A program made the translations under genes and the position numbers. From positions 415,214,001 to 415,278,000 of the forward strand of contig OZ024741.1 in NCBI GenBank assembly GCA_964016885.1: a DNA stretch of 64,000 bases. Direction: 5' to 3'. Each line of letters starts with the position of its first letter. Position 1 is the stretch's first letter. This document shows positions 30,001 through 45,000 of the stretch, piece by piece. Source of the DNA: Eledone cirrhosa. Its lineage: Eukaryota. The notes beneath the pieces are model-generated. The model was not told where the DNA came from. It did not search any database and saw nothing but the letters and a program-made list of their open reading frames with translations.

Positions 30001-33000
30001 TATGCCAACAATTTTCTCACCTCTTTCTGTTCAAACCAGCTGTATCTGACCAGAATTCTCTCACCTATTTCTGTTTAAACCAGCCATATCTGCCCAGAAT
30101 TCCCTCACCTCTTTCTGTTCAAACCAGCTGTATCTGACCAGAATTCTCTCACTTCTTTCTTTTCAAACCAGCTGTATCTGCCCAGAATTCTCTCACCTCT
30201 TTCTGTTCAAACCAGCTGTGTCTGCCCAGAATTCCCTCACCTCTTTTTGTTCAAACCAGCTGTATCTGACCAGCATTCCCTCACCTCTTTCTGTTCAAAC
30301 CAGCTGTATCTGGCCAGAATTCTCTTACCTTTTTCTGTTCAAACCAGCTGTGTCTGACCAGAATTCTCTCACTTCTTTCTGTTCAAACCAGCTGTATCTG
30401 CCCAGAAATCCCTCACCTCTTTCTGTTCAAACCAGCTGTATCTGCCCAGAATTCTCTCACCTCATTCTGTTCAAACCAGCTGTATCTGTCCAGAATTCCC
30501 TCACCTCTTTCTGTTCAAACCAGCCGTATCTGCCCAGAATTCCCTCACCTCTTTCTGTTCAAACCAGCTGCATCTGCCCAGAATTCCCTCACTTCTTTCT
30601 TTTCAAACCAGCTGTATCTGCCCAGAATTCGCTCACCTCTTTCTGTTCAAACCAACTGAATCTGACCAGAATTCTCTTACCTCTTTCTGTTCAAACCAGC
30701 TGTATCTGACCAGAATTCCCTCACCTCTTTCTGTTCAAACCAGCTGTATCTGACCAGAATTCTCTCACCACTTTCTGTTTAAACCAGCTGTATCTGACCA
30801 GAATTCTCTCACCTGTTTCTGTTCACACCAGCTGTATCTGGCCAGAATTTTCTCACTTCTTTCTGTTCAAACCAGCTGTATCTGACCAGAATTCCCTCAT
30901 CTCTTTCTGTTCAAACCAGCTGTATCTGACCAGAATTCTCTCACTTCTTTCTGTTCAAACCAACTGTATCTGCCCAGAATTCCCTCACCTCTTTCTGTTC
31001 AAACCAGCTGTATCTGCCCAGAATTCCCCCACTTCTTTCTGTTCAAACCAGCTGTATCTGCCCAGAATTCCCTCACCTCTTTCTGTTTAAACCAGCTGTA
31101 TCTGACCAGCATTCCCTCACCTCTTTCTGTTTAAACCAGCTGTATCTGCCCAGAATTCTCTCACCTCTTTCTTTACAAACCAGCTGTATCTGTCCAGAAT
31201 TCCCTCACCTATTTCTGTTCAAACCAGCCGTATCTGCCCAGAATTCCCTCACCTCTTTCTGTTCAAACCAGCTGCATCTGCCCAGCATTCCCTCACTTCT
31301 TTCTTTTCAAACCAGCTGTATCTGCCCAGTATTCGCTCACCTCTTTCTGTTCAAACCAACTGAATCTGACCAGAATTCTCTTACCTCTTTCTGTTCAAAC
31401 CAGCTGTATCTGCCCAGAATTCCCTCACCTCTTTCTGTTCAAACCAGCTGTATCTGACCAGAATTCTCTCACCACTTTCTGTTTAAACCAGCTGTATCTG
31501 ACCAGAATTCTCTCACCTGTTTCTGTTCAAACCAGCTGTATCTGGCCAGAATTTTCTCACTTCTTTCTGTTCAAACCAGCTGTATCTGACCAGAATTCCC
31601 TCACCTCTTTCTGTTCAAACCAGCTGTGTCTGACCAGAATTCTCTCACTTCTTTCTGTTCAAACCAGCTGTATCTGCCCAGAATTCCCTCACTTCTTTCT
31701 GTTCAAACCAGCTCTATCTGACCAGCATTCCCTCACCTCTTTCTGTTCAAACCAGCTGTATCTGACCAGAATTCTCTTACCTGTTTCTGTTCAAGCCAGC
31801 TGTATCTACCCAGAATTCCCTCACCTCTTTCTGTTCAAACCAGCTGTATCTGGCCAGAATTCCCTCACCTCTTTCTGTTCAAATCATCTGTATCTGCCCA
31901 GAATTCTCTCACTTCTTTCTGTTCAAACCAGCCATATCTGCCCAGAATTCCCTCACCTCTTTCTGTTCAAACCAGCTGTATCTGACCAGAATTCTCTCAC
32001 TTCATTCTGTTCAAACCAGCTGTATCTGACCAGAATTCTCTCACTTCTTTCTGTTCAAGCCAGCTGTATCTACCCAGAATTCCCTCACCTGTTTATGTTC
32101 AAACCAGCTGTATCTCGCCAGAATTCCCTCACCTCTTTCTGTTCAAACCAGCTGTATCTGCCCAGAATTCTCTCACTTCTTTCTGTTCAAACCAGCTGTA
32201 TCTGACCAGAATTCTCTCACCTCTTTCTGTTCAAACCAGCTGTATCTGCCCAGAATTCCCTCACTTCTTTCTGTTTAAACCAGCTGTATCTGACCAGAAT
32301 TCTCTTACCTCTTTCTGTTCAAACCAGCTGTATCTACCCAGAATTCCCTCACCTCTTTCTGTTCAAACCAGCTGTATCTGGCCAGAATTCCCTCACCTCT
32401 TTCTGTTCAAACCAGCTGTATCTGCCCAGAATTCCCTCACTTATTTCCGTTTAAACCAGCTGTATCTGGCCAGATTTCTCTCACTTCTTTTTATTCAAAC
32501 CAGCTGTATATGACCAGAATTCTCTCACTTCTTTCTGTTCAAACCAGCTGTATCTGCCCAGAATTCCCTCACCTCTTTCTGTTCAAACCAGCTGTAATAT
32601 GGCCAGAATTCCCTCACCTCTTTCTGTTTAAACCATCTGTATCTGGCCAGAATTCTCTCACTTGTTTCTGTTCAAATCAGCTGTATCTGCCCAGAATTCT
32701 CTCACCTGTTTCTGTTCAAACCAGCTGTATCTGGTCAGAATTCTGTCACTTCTTTCTGTTTAAACCAGCTGTATCTGGCCAGAATTCTCTCACTTTTTTC
32801 TGTTCAAACCAGCTGTATCTGACCAGAATTCTCTCTCCTTATTCTGTTTAAACCATCTGTATCTGCCCAGAATTTTCTCACTTCTTTCTGTTCAAACCAG
32901 CTGTATCTGACCAGAATTCCCTCACCTCTTTCTGTTCAAACCAGCTGTATCTGCCCAGAATTCTCTCACCTCTTTCTGTTTAAACCAGCTGTATCTGCCC

Positions 33001-36000
33001 AGAATTCTCTCACCTCTTTCTGTTCAAACCAGCTGTATCTGCCCAGAATTCCCTCACCTCTTTCTGTTCAAACCAGCTGTATCCACCCAGAATTCCCTCA
33101 CTTCTTTCTGTTCAAACCAGCTGTATCTGACCAGAATTCCCTCATCTCTTTCTGTTCAAACCAGCTGTATCTGACCAGAATTCTCTCACTTCTTTCTGTT
33201 CAAACCAACTGTATCTGCCCAGAATTCCCTCACCTCTTTCTGTTCAAACCAGCTGTATCTGCCCAGAATTCCCCCACTTCTTTCTGTTCAAACCAGCTGT
33301 ATCTGCCCAGAATTCCCTCACCTCTTTCTGTTCAAACCAGCTGTATCTGACCAGCATTCCCTCACCTCTTTCTGTTTAAACCAGCTGTATCTGCCCAGAA
33401 TTCTCTCACCTCTTTCTTTACAAACCAGCTGTATCTGTCCAGAATTCCCTCACCTCTTTCTGTTCAAACCAGCCGTATCTGCCCAGAATTCCCTCACCTC
33501 TTTCTGTTCAAACCAGCTGTATCTGACCAGAATTCTCTCTCCTTATTCTGTTGAAACCAGTTGTATCTGCCCAGAATTCTCTCACTTCTTTCTGTTCAAA
33601 CCAGCTGTATCTGCCCAGAATCCTCTCACCTCTTTCTGTTCAAACCAGCTGTATCTGGTCAGAATTCTGTCACTTCTTTCTGTTTAAACCAGCTGTATCT
33701 GCCCAGAATTTTCTCACCTGTTTCTGTTCAAACCAGCTGTATCTGGTCAGAATTCTGTCACTTCTTTCTGTTTAAACCAGCTGTATCTGGCCAGAATTCT
33801 CTCACTTTTTTCTGTTCAAACCAGCTGTATCTGACCAGAATTCTCTCTCCTTATTCTGTTTAAACCATCTGTATCTGCCCAGAATTTTCTCACTTCTTTC
33901 TGTTCAAACCAGCTGTATCTGACCAGAATTCCCTCACCTCTTTCTGTTCAAACCAGCTGTATCTGCCCAGAATTCTCTCACCTCTTTCTGTTTAAACCAG
34001 CTGTATCTGCCCAGAATTCTCTCACCTCTTTCTGTTCAAACCAGCTGTATCTGCCCAGAATTTCCTCACTTATTTCTGTTCAAACCAGCTGTATCTGCCC
34101 AGAAATCCCTCACCTCTTTCTGTTTAAACCAGCTGTATCTGGCCAGAATTCCCTCACTTCTTTCTGTTTAAACCTTCTGTATATGCCCACAATTTTCTCA
34201 CCTCTTTCTGTTCAAACCAGCTGTATCTGACCAGAATTCTCTCACCTATTTCTGTTTAAACCAGCCATATCTGCCCAGAATTCCCTCACCTCTTTCTGTT
34301 CAAACCAGCTGTATCTGACCAGAATTCTCTCACTTCTTTCTTTTCAAACCAGCTGTATCTGCCCAGAATTCTCTCACCTCTTTCTGTTCAAACCAGCTGT
34401 GTCTGCCCAGAATTCCCTCACCTCTTTTTGTTCAAACCAGCTGTATCTGACCAGCATTCCCTCACCTCTTTCTGTTCAAACCAGCTGTATCTGGCCAGAA
34501 TTCTCTTACCTCTTTCTGTTCAAACCAGCTGTATCTGCCCAGAATTCCCTCACTTCTTTCTGTTCAAACCAGCTGTATCTGCCCAGAGTTCCCTCACCTC
34601 TTTCTGTTCAAACCAGCTCTATTAGACCAGCATTCCCTCACCTCTTTCTGTTCAAACCAGCTGTATCTGGCCAGAATTCCCTCACCTCTTTCTGTTTAAA
34701 CCAGCTGTATCTGGCCAGAATTCTCTCACTTGTTTCTGTTCAAACCAGCTGTATCTGGTCAGAATTCTCTCACTTATTTCCGTTTAAACCAGCTGTATCT
34801 GGCCAGATTTCTCTCACTTCTTTTTATTCAAACCAGCTGTATATGACCAGAATTCTCTCACTTCTTTCTGTTCAAACCAGCTGTATCTGCCCAGAATTCC
34901 TTCTCCTCTTTCTGTTCAAACCAGCTGTATCTGACCAGAATTCCCTCTCCTCTTTCTGTTTAAACCATCTGTATCTGCCCAGAATTCTGTCACTTCTTTC
35001 TGTTCAAACCAGCTGTATCTGCCCAGAATTCCCTCACCGCTTTCTGTTCAAACCAGCTGTATCTGCCCAGAATTCCCTCACCTCTTTCTGTTTAAACCTT
35101 CTGTATATGCCCAGAATGTTCTCACCTCTTTCTGTTCAAAGCAGCTGTATCTGCCCAGAATTCCCTCACTTCTTTCTGTTCAAACCAGCTGTATCTGACC
35201 AGAATTCCCTCACCTCTTTCTGTTTACACCTTCTGTATATGCCCAGAATTTTCTCACCTCTTTCTGTTCAAAGCAGCTGTATCTGCCCAGAATTCCCTCA
35301 CTTCTTTCTGTTCAAACCAGCTGTATCTGCCCAGAATTCCCTCACCTCTTTCTGTTCAAACCAGCTGTATCTGGCCAGAATTCCCTCACCTCTTTCTGTT
35401 CAAACCAGCTGTATCTGCCCAGAATTCCCTCACCTCTTTCTGTTCAAACCAGCTGTATCTGACCAGAATTCTCTCACCTGTTTCTTTTAAAACCAGCTTT
35501 ATCTGGCCAGAATTTTCTCACTTCTTTCTGTTCAAACCAGCTGTGTCTGACCAGAATTCTCTCACTTCTTTCTGTTCAAACCATCTGTATCTGACCAGAA
35601 GTCCCTCTCCTCTTTCTGTTTAAACCATCTGTATCTGCCCAGAATTCTGTCACTTCTTTCTGTTCAAACCAGCTGTATCTGACCAGAATTCTCTCACTTC
35701 ATTCTGTTCAACCCAGCTGTATCTGACCAGAATTCTCTCACCTCTTTCTGTTCAAACCAGCTGTATCTGCCCAGAATTTCCTCACTTATTTCTGTTCAAA
35801 CCAGCTGTATCTGCCCAGAAATCCCTCACCTCTTTCTGTTTAAACCAGCTGTATCTGGCCAGAATTCCCTCACTTCTTTCTGTTTAAACCTTCTGTATAT
35901 GCCAACAATTTTCTCACCTCTTTCTGTTCAAACCAGCTGTATCTGACCAGAATTCTCTCACCTATTTCTGTTTAAACCAGCCATATCTGCCCAGAATTCC

Positions 36001-39000
36001 CTCACCTCTTTCTGTTCAAACCAGCTGTATCTGACCAGAATTCTCTCACTTCTTTCTTTTCAAACCAGCTGTATCTGCCCAGAATTCTCTCACCTCTTTC
36101 TGTTCAAACCAGCTGTGTCTGCCCAGAATTCCCTCACCTCTTTTTGTTCAAACCAGCTGTATCTGACCAGCATTCCCTCACCTCTTTCTGTTCAAACCAG
36201 CTGTATCTGGCCAGAATTCTCTTACCTTTTTCTGTTCAAACCAGCTGTGTCTGACCAGAATTCTCTCACTTCTTTCTGTTCAAACCAGCTGTATCTGCCC
36301 AGAAATCCCTCACCTCTTTCTGTTCAAACCAGCTGTATCTGCCCAGAATTCTCTCACCTCATTCTGTTCAAACCAGCTGTATCTGTCCAGAATTCCCTCA
36401 CCTCTTTCTGTTCAAACCAGCCGTATCTGCCCAGAATTCCCTCACCTCTTTCTGTTCAAACCAGCTGCATCTGCCCAGAATTCCCTCACTTCTTTCTTTT
36501 CAAACCAGCTGTATCTGCCCAGAATTCGCTCACCTCTTTCTGTTCAAACCAACTGAATCTGACCAGAATTCTCTTACCTCTTTCTGTTCAAACCAGCTGT
36601 ATCTGACCAGAATTCCCTCACCTCTTTCTGTTCAAACCAGCTGTATCTGACCAGAATTCTCTCACCACTTTCTGTTTAAACCAGCTGTATCTGACCAGAA
36701 TTCTCTCACCTGTTTCTGTTCACACCAGCTGTATCTGGCCAGAATTTTCTCACTTCTTTCTGTTCAAACCAGCTGTATCTGACCAGAATTCCCTCATCTC
36801 TTTCTGTTCAAACCAGCTGTATCTGACCAGAATTCTCTCACTTCTTTCTGTTCAAACCAACTGTATCTGCCCAGAATTCCCTCACCTCTTTCTGTTCAAA
36901 CCAGCTGTATCTGCCCAGAATTCCCCCACTTCTTTCTGTTCAAACCAGCTGTATCTGCCCAGAATTCCCTCACCTCTTTCTGTTTAAACCAGCTGTATCT
37001 GACCAGCATTCCCTCACCTCTTTCTGTTTAAACCAGCTGTATCTGCCCAGAATTCTCTCACCTCTTTCTTTACAAACCAGCTGTATCTGTCCAGAATTCC
37101 CTCACCTATTTCTGTTCAAACCAGCCGTATCTGCCCAGAATTCCCTCACCTCTTTCTGTTCAAACCAGCTGCATCTGCCCAGCATTCCCTCACTTCTTTC
37201 TTTTCAAACCAGCTGTATCTGCCCAGTATTCGCTCACCTCTTTCTGTTCAAACCAACTGAATCTGACCAGAATTCTCTTACCTCTTTCTGTTCAAACCAG
37301 CTGTATCTGCCCAGAATTCCCTCACCTCTTTCTGTTCAAACCAGCTGTATCTGACCAGAATTCTCTCACCACTTTCTGTTTAAACCAGCTGTATCTGACC
37401 AGAATTCTCTCACCTGTTTCTGTTCAAACCAGCTGTATCTGGCCAGAATTTTCTCACTTCTTTCTGTTCAAACCAGCTGTATCTGACCAGAATTCCCTCA
37501 CCTCTTTCTGTTCAAACCAGCTGTGTCTGACCAGAATTCTCTCACTTCTTTCTGTTCAAACCAGCTGTATCTGCCCAGAATTCCCTCACTTCTTTCTGTT
37601 CAAACCAGCTCTATCTGACCAGCATTCCCTCACCTCTTTCTGTTCAAACCAGCTGTATCTGACCAGAATTCTCTTACCTGTTTCTGTTCAAGCCAGCTGT
37701 ATCTACCCAGAATTCCCTCACCTCTTTCTGTTCAAACCAGCTGTATCTGGCCAGAATTCCCTCACCTCTTTCTGTTCAAATCATCTGTATCTGCCCAGAA
37801 TTCTCTCACTTCTTTCTGTTCAAACCAGCCATATCTGCCCAGAATTCCCTCACCTCTTTCTGTTCAAACCAGCTGTATCTGACCAGAATTCTCTCACTTC
37901 ATTCTGTTCAAACCAGCTGTATCTGACCAGAATTCTCTCACTTCTTTCTGTTCAAGCCAGCTGTATCTACCCAGAATTCCCTCACCTGTTTATGTTCAAA
38001 CCAGCTGTATCTCGCCAGAATTCCCTCACCTCTTTCTGTTCAAACCAGCTGTATCTGCCCAGAATTCTCTCACTTCTTTCTGTTCAAACCAGCTGTATCT
38101 GACCAGAATTCTCTCACCTCTTTCTGTTCAAACCAGCTGTATCTGCCCAGAATTCCCTCACTTCTTTCTGTTTAAACCAGCTGTATCTGACCAGAATTCT
38201 CTTACCTCTTTCTGTTCAAACCAGCTGTATCTACCCAGAATTCCCTCACCTCTTTCTGTTCAAACCAGCTGTATCTGGCCAGAATTCCCTCACCTCTTTC
38301 TGTTCAAACCAGCTGTATCTGCCCAGAATTCCCTCACTTATTTCCGTTTAAACCAGCTGTATCTGGCCAGATTTCTCTCACTTCTTTTTATTCAAACCAG
38401 CTGTATATGACCAGAATTCTCTCACTTCTTTCTGTTCAAACCAGCTGTATCTGCCCAGAATTCCCTCACCTCTTTCTGTTCAAACCAGCTGTAATATGGC
38501 CAGAATTCCCTCACCTCTTTCTGTTTAAACCATCTGTATCTGGCCAGAATTCTCTCACTTGTTTCTGTTCAAATCAGCTGTATCTGCCCAGAATTCTCTC
38601 ACCTGTTTCTGTTCAAACCAGCTGTATCTGGTCAGAATTCTGTCACTTCTTTCTGTTTAAACCAGCTGTATCTGGCCAGAATTCTCTCACTTTTTTCTGT
38701 TCAAACCAGCTGTATCTGACCAGAATTCTCTCTCCTTATTCTGTTTAAACCATCTGTATCTGCCCAGAATTTTCTCACTTCTTTCTGTTCAAACCAGCTG
38801 TATCTGACCAGAATTCCCTCACCTCTTTCTGTTCAAACCAGCTGTATCTGCCCAGAATTCTCTCACCTCTTTCTGTTTAAACCAGCTGTATCTGCCCAGA
38901 ATTCTCTCACCTCTTTCTGTTCAAACCAGCTGTATCTGCCCAGAATTCCCTCACCTCTTTCTGTTCAAACCAGCTGTATCCACCCAGAATTCCCTCACTT

Positions 39001-42000
39001 CTTTCTGTTCAAACCAGCTGTATCTGACCAGAATTCCCTCATCTCTTTCTGTTCAAACCAGCTGTATCTGACCAGAATTCTCTCACTTCTTTCTGTTCAA
39101 ACCAACTGTATCTGCCCAGAATTCCCTCACCTCTTTCTGTTCAAACCAGCTGTATCTGCCCAGAATTCCCCCACTTCTTTCTGTTCAAACCAGCTGTATC
39201 TGCCCAGAATTCCCTCACCTCTTTCTGTTCAAACCAGCTGTATCTGACCAGCATTCCCTCACCTCTTTCTGTTTAAACCAGCTGTATCTGCCCAGAATTC
39301 TCTCACCTCTTTCTTTACAAACCAGCTGTATCTGTCCAGAATTCCCTCACCTCTTTCTGTTCAAACCAGCCGTATCTGCCCAGAATTCCCTCACCTCTTT
39401 CTGTTCAAACCAGCTGTATCTGACCAGAATTCTCTCTCCTTATTCTGTTGAAACCAGTTGTATCTGCCCAGAATTCTCTCACTTCTTTCTGTTCAAACCA
39501 GCTGTATCTGCCCAGAATCCTCTCACCTCTTTCTGTTCAAACCAGCTGTATCTGGTCAGAATTCTGTCACTTCTTTCTGTTTAAACCAGCTGTATCTGCC
39601 CAGAATTTTCTCACCTGTTTCTGTTCAAACCAGCTGTATCTGGTCAGAATTCTGTCACTTCTTTCTGTTTAAACCAGCTGTATCTGGCCAGAATTCTCTC
39701 ACTTTTTTCTGTTCAAACCAGCTGTATCTGACCAGAATTCTCTCTCCTTATTCTGTTTAAACCATCTGTATCTGCCCAGAATTTTCTCACTTCTTTCTGT
39801 TCAAACCAGCTGTATCTGACCAGAATTCCCTCACCTCTTTCTGTTCAAACCAGCTGTATCTGCCCAGAATTCTCTCACCTCTTTCTGTTTAAACCAGCTG
39901 TATCTGCCCAGAATTCTCTCACCTCTTTCTGTTCAAACCAGCTGTATCTGCCCAGAATTCCCTCACCTCTTTCTGTTCAAACCAGCTGTATCCACCCAGA
40001 ATTCCCTCACTTCTTTCTGTTCAAACCAGCTGTATCTGACCAGAATTCCCTCACCTCTTTCTGTTCAAACCAGCTGTATCTGCCCAGAATTACCTCACCT
40101 CTTTCTGTTCAAACCAGCTGTATCTGACCAGAATTCTCTCACCTATTTCTGTTCAAACCAGCTGTATCTGACCAGAATTCTCTTACCTCTTTCTGTTCAA
40201 ACCAGCTGTATCTGCCCAGAATTCCCTTACCTCTTTCTGTTCAAACCAGCTGTATCTGCCCAGATTTCCCTCACCTCTTTCTGTTCAAACCAGCTGTATC
40301 TGCCCAGAATTCCCTCACCTCTTTCTGTTCAAACCAGCTGTATCTGACCAGAATTCTCTCACCTATTTCTGTTCAAACCAGCTGTATCTGACCAGAATTC
40401 TGTTACCTCTTTCTGTTCAAACCAGCTGTATCTGCCCAGAATTCCCTTACCTCTTTCTGTTCAAACCAGCTGTATCTGCCCAGATTTCCCTCACCTCTTT
40501 CTGTTCAAACCAGCTGTATCTGCCCAGAATTCCCTCACCTCTTTCTGTTCAAACCAGCTGTATCTGACCAGAATTCTCTCACCTATTTCTGTTCAAACCA
40601 TCTGTATCTGACCAGAATTCTCTTACCTCTTTCTGTTCAAACCAGCTGTATCTGCCCAGAATTCCCTTACCTCTTTCTGTTCAAACCAGCTGTATCTGCC
40701 CAGAATTCCCTCACCTCTTTCTGTTCAAACCAGCTGTATCTGACCAGAATTCTCTCACCTATTTCTGTTCAAACCATCTGTATCTGACCAGAATTCCCTC
40801 ACCTCTTTCTGTTCAAACCAGCTGTATCTGCCCAGAATTCTCTTACCTCTTTCTCTTCAAACCAGCTGTATCTGCCCAGAATTCCCTCACCTCTTTCTGT
40901 TCAAACCAGCTGTATCTGACCAGAATTCTCTCACCTCTTTCTGTTCAAACCAGCTGTATCTGGTCAGAATTCTTTCACTTCTTTCTGTTTAAACCAGCTG
41001 TATCTGGCCAGAATTCTCTCACTTTTTTCTGTTCAAACCAGCTGTATCTGACCAGAATTCCCTCACCTCTTTCTGTTCAAACCAGCTGTATCTGACCAGA
41101 ATTCTCTCTCCTTATTCTGTTCAAACCAGTTGTATCTGCCCAGAATTCTCTCACTTCTTTCTGTTCAAACCAGCTGTATCTGCCCAGAATCCTCTCACCT
41201 CTTTCTGTTCAAACCAGCTGTATCTGGCCAGAATTTCCTCACCTCTTTCTGTTTAAACCATCTGTATCTGGCCAGAATTCTCTCACTTATTTCTGTTCAA
41301 ACCAGCTGTATCTGACCAGAATTCTCTCACCTGTTTCTGTTCAAACCAGCTGTATCTGGTCAGAATTCTCTCACTTCTTTCTGTTTAAACCAGCTGTATC
41401 TGGCCAGAATTCTCTCACTTTTTTCTGTTCAAACCAGCTGTATCTGACCAGAATTCTCTCTCCTTATTCTGTTTAAACCATCTGTATCTGCCCAGAATTT
41501 TCTCACTTCTTTCTGTTCAAACCAGCTGTATCTGAACAGAATTCCCTCACCTCTTTCTGTTCAAACCAGCTGTATCTGCCCAGAATTCTCTCACCTCTTT
41601 CTGTTTAAACCAGCTGTATCTGCCCAGAATTTTCTCACTTCTTTCTGTTCAAACCAGCTGTATCTGACCAGAATTCCCTCACTTCTTTCTGTTCAAACCA
41701 GCTGTATCTGACCAGAATTCCCTCACCTCTTTCTGTTCAAACCAGCTGTATCCACCCAGAATTCCCTCACTTCTTTCTGTTCAAACCAGCTGTATCTGAC
41801 CAGAATTCCCTCACCTCTTTCTGTTCAAACCAGCTGTATCTGCCCAGAATTCCCTCACCTCTTTCTGTTTAAACCAGCTGTATCTGCCCAGAATTCTCCC
41901 ACCTGTTTCTGTTCAAACCAGCTGTATCTGACCAGAATTCCCTCTCCTCTTTCTGTTTAAACCATCTGTATCTGCCCAGAATTCTGTCACTTCTTTCTGT

Positions 42001-45000
42001 TCAAACCAGCTGTATCTGCCCAGAATTCCCTCACCGCTTTCTGTTCAAACCAGCTGTATCTGCCCAGAATTCCCTCACCTCTTTCTGTTTAAACCTTCTG
42101 TATATGCCCAGAATGTTCTCACCTCTTTCTGTTCAAAGCAGCTGTATCTGCCCAGAATTCCCTCACTTCTTTCTGTTCAAACCAGCTGTATCTGACCAGA
42201 ATTCCCTCACCTCTTTCTGTTTACACCTTCTGTATATGCCCAGAATTTTCTCACCTCTTTCTGTTCAAAGCAGCTGTATCTGCCCAGAATTCCCTCACTT
42301 CTTTCTGTTCAAACCAGCTGTATCTGCCCAGAATTCCCTCACCTCTTTCTGTTCAAACCAGCTGTATCTGGCCAGAATTCCCTCACCTCTTTCTGTTCAA
42401 ACCAGCTGTATCTGCCCAGAATTCCCTCACCTCTTTCTGTTCAAACCAGCTGTATCTGACCAGAATTCTCTCACCTGTTTCTTTTAAAACCAGCTTTATC
42501 TGGCCAGAATTTTCTCACTTCTTTCTGTTCAAACCAGCTGTGTCTGACCAGAATTCTCTCACTTCTTTCTGTTCAAACCATCTGTATCTGACCAGAAGTC
42601 CCTCTCCTCTTTCTGTTTAAACCATCTGTATCTGCCCAGAATTCTGTCACTTCTTTCTGTTCAAACCAGCTGTATCTGACCAGAATTCTCTCACTTCATT
42701 CTGTTCAACCCAGCTGTATCTGACCAGAATTCTCTCACCTCTTTCTGTTCAAACCAGCTGTATCTGCCCAGAATTTCCTCACTTATTTCTGTTCAAACCA
42801 GCTGTATCTGCCCAGAAATCCCTCACCTCTTTCTGTTTAAACCAGCTGTATCTGGCCAGAATTCCCTCACTTCTTTCTGTTTAAACCTTCTGTATATGCC
42901 AACAATTTTCTCACCTCTTTCTGTTCAAACCAGCTGTATCTGACCAGAATTCTCTCACCTATTTCTGTTTAAACCAGCCATATCTGCCCAGAATTCCCTC
43001 ACCTCTTTCTGTTCAAACCAGCTGTATCTGACCAGAATTCTCTCACTTCTTTCTTTTCAAACCAGCTGTATCTGCCCAGAATTCTCTCACCTCTTTCTGT
43101 TCAAACCAGCTGTGTCTGCCCAGAATTCCCTCACCTCTTTTTGTTCAAACCAGCTGTATCTGACCAGCATTCCCTCACCTCTTTCTGTTCAAACCAGCTG
43201 TATCTGGCCAGAATTCTCTTACCTTTTTCTGTTCAAACCAGCTGTGTCTGACCAGAATTCTCTCACTTCTTTCTGTTCAAACCAGCTGTATCTGCCCAGA
43301 AATCCCTCACCTCTTTCTGTTCAAACCAGCTGTATCTGCCCAGAATTCTCTCACCTCATTCTGTTCAAACCAGCTGTATCTGTCCAGAATTCCCTCACCT
43401 CTTTCTGTTCAAACCAGCCGTATCTGCCCAGAATTCCCTCACCTCTTTCTGTTCAAACCAGCTGCATCTGCCCAGAATTCCCTCACTTCTTTCTTTTCAA
43501 ACCAGCTGTATCTGCCCAGAATTCGCTCACCTCTTTCTGTTCAAACCAACTGAATCTGACCAGAATTCTCTTACCTCTTTCTGTTCAAACCAGCTGTATC
43601 TGACCAGAATTCCCTCACCTCTTTCTGTTCAAACCAGCTGTATCTGACCAGAATTCTCTCACCACTTTCTGTTTAAACCAGCTGTATCTGACCAGAATTC
43701 TCTCACCTGTTTCTGTTCACACCAGCTGTATCTGGCCAGAATTTTCTCACTTCTTTCTGTTCAAACCAGCTGTATCTGACCAGAATTCCCTCATCTCTTT
43801 CTGTTCAAACCAGCTGTATCTGACCAGAATTCTCTCACTTCTTTCTGTTCAAACCAACTGTATCTGCCCAGAATTCCCTCACCTCTTTCTGTTCAAACCA
43901 GCTGTATCTGCCCAGAATTCCCCCACTTCTTTCTGTTCAAACCAGCTGTATCTGCCCAGAATTCCCTCACCTCTTTCTGTTTAAACCAGCTGTATCTGAC
44001 CAGCATTCCCTCACCTCTTTCTGTTTAAACCAGCTGTATCTGCCCAGAATTCTCTCACCTCTTTCTTTACAAACCAGCTGTATCTGTCCAGAATTCCCTC
44101 ACCTATTTCTGTTCAAACCAGCCGTATCTGCCCAGAATTCCCTCACCTCTTTCTGTTCAAACCAGCTGCATCTGCCCAGCATTCCCTCACTTCTTTCTTT
44201 TCAAACCAGCTGTATCTGCCCAGTATTCGCTCACCTCTTTCTGTTCAAACCAACTGAATCTGACCAGAATTCTCTTACCTCTTTCTGTTCAAACCAGCTG
44301 TATCTGCCCAGAATTCCCTCACCTCTTTCTGTTCAAACCAGCTGTATCTGACCAGAATTCTCTCACCACTTTCTGTTTAAACCAGCTGTATCTGACCAGA
44401 ATTCTCTCACCTGTTTCTGTTCAAACCAGCTGTATCTGGCCAGAATTTTCTCACTTCTTTCTGTTCAAACCAGCTGTATCTGACCAGAATTCCCTCACCT
44501 CTTTCTGTTCAAACCAGCTGTGTCTGACCAGAATTCTCTCACTTCTTTCTGTTCAAACCAGCTGTATCTGCCCAGAATTCCCTCACTTCTTTCTGTTCAA
44601 ACCAGCTCTATCTGACCAGCATTCCCTCACCTCTTTCTGTTCAAACCAGCTGTATCTGACCAGAATTCTCTTACCTGTTTCTGTTCAAGCCAGCTGTATC
44701 TACCCAGAATTCCCTCACCTCTTTCTGTTCAAACCAGCTGTATCTGGCCAGAATTCCCTCACCTCTTTCTGTTCAAATCATCTGTATCTGCCCAGAATTC
44801 TCTCACTTCTTTCTGTTCAAACCAGCCATATCTGCCCAGAATTCCCTCACCTCTTTCTGTTCAAACCAGCTGTATCTGACCAGAATTCTCTCACTTCATT
44901 CTGTTCAAACCAGCTGTATCTGACCAGAATTCTCTCACTTCTTTCTGTTCAAGCCAGCTGTATCTACCCAGAATTCCCTCACCTGTTTATGTTCAAACCA

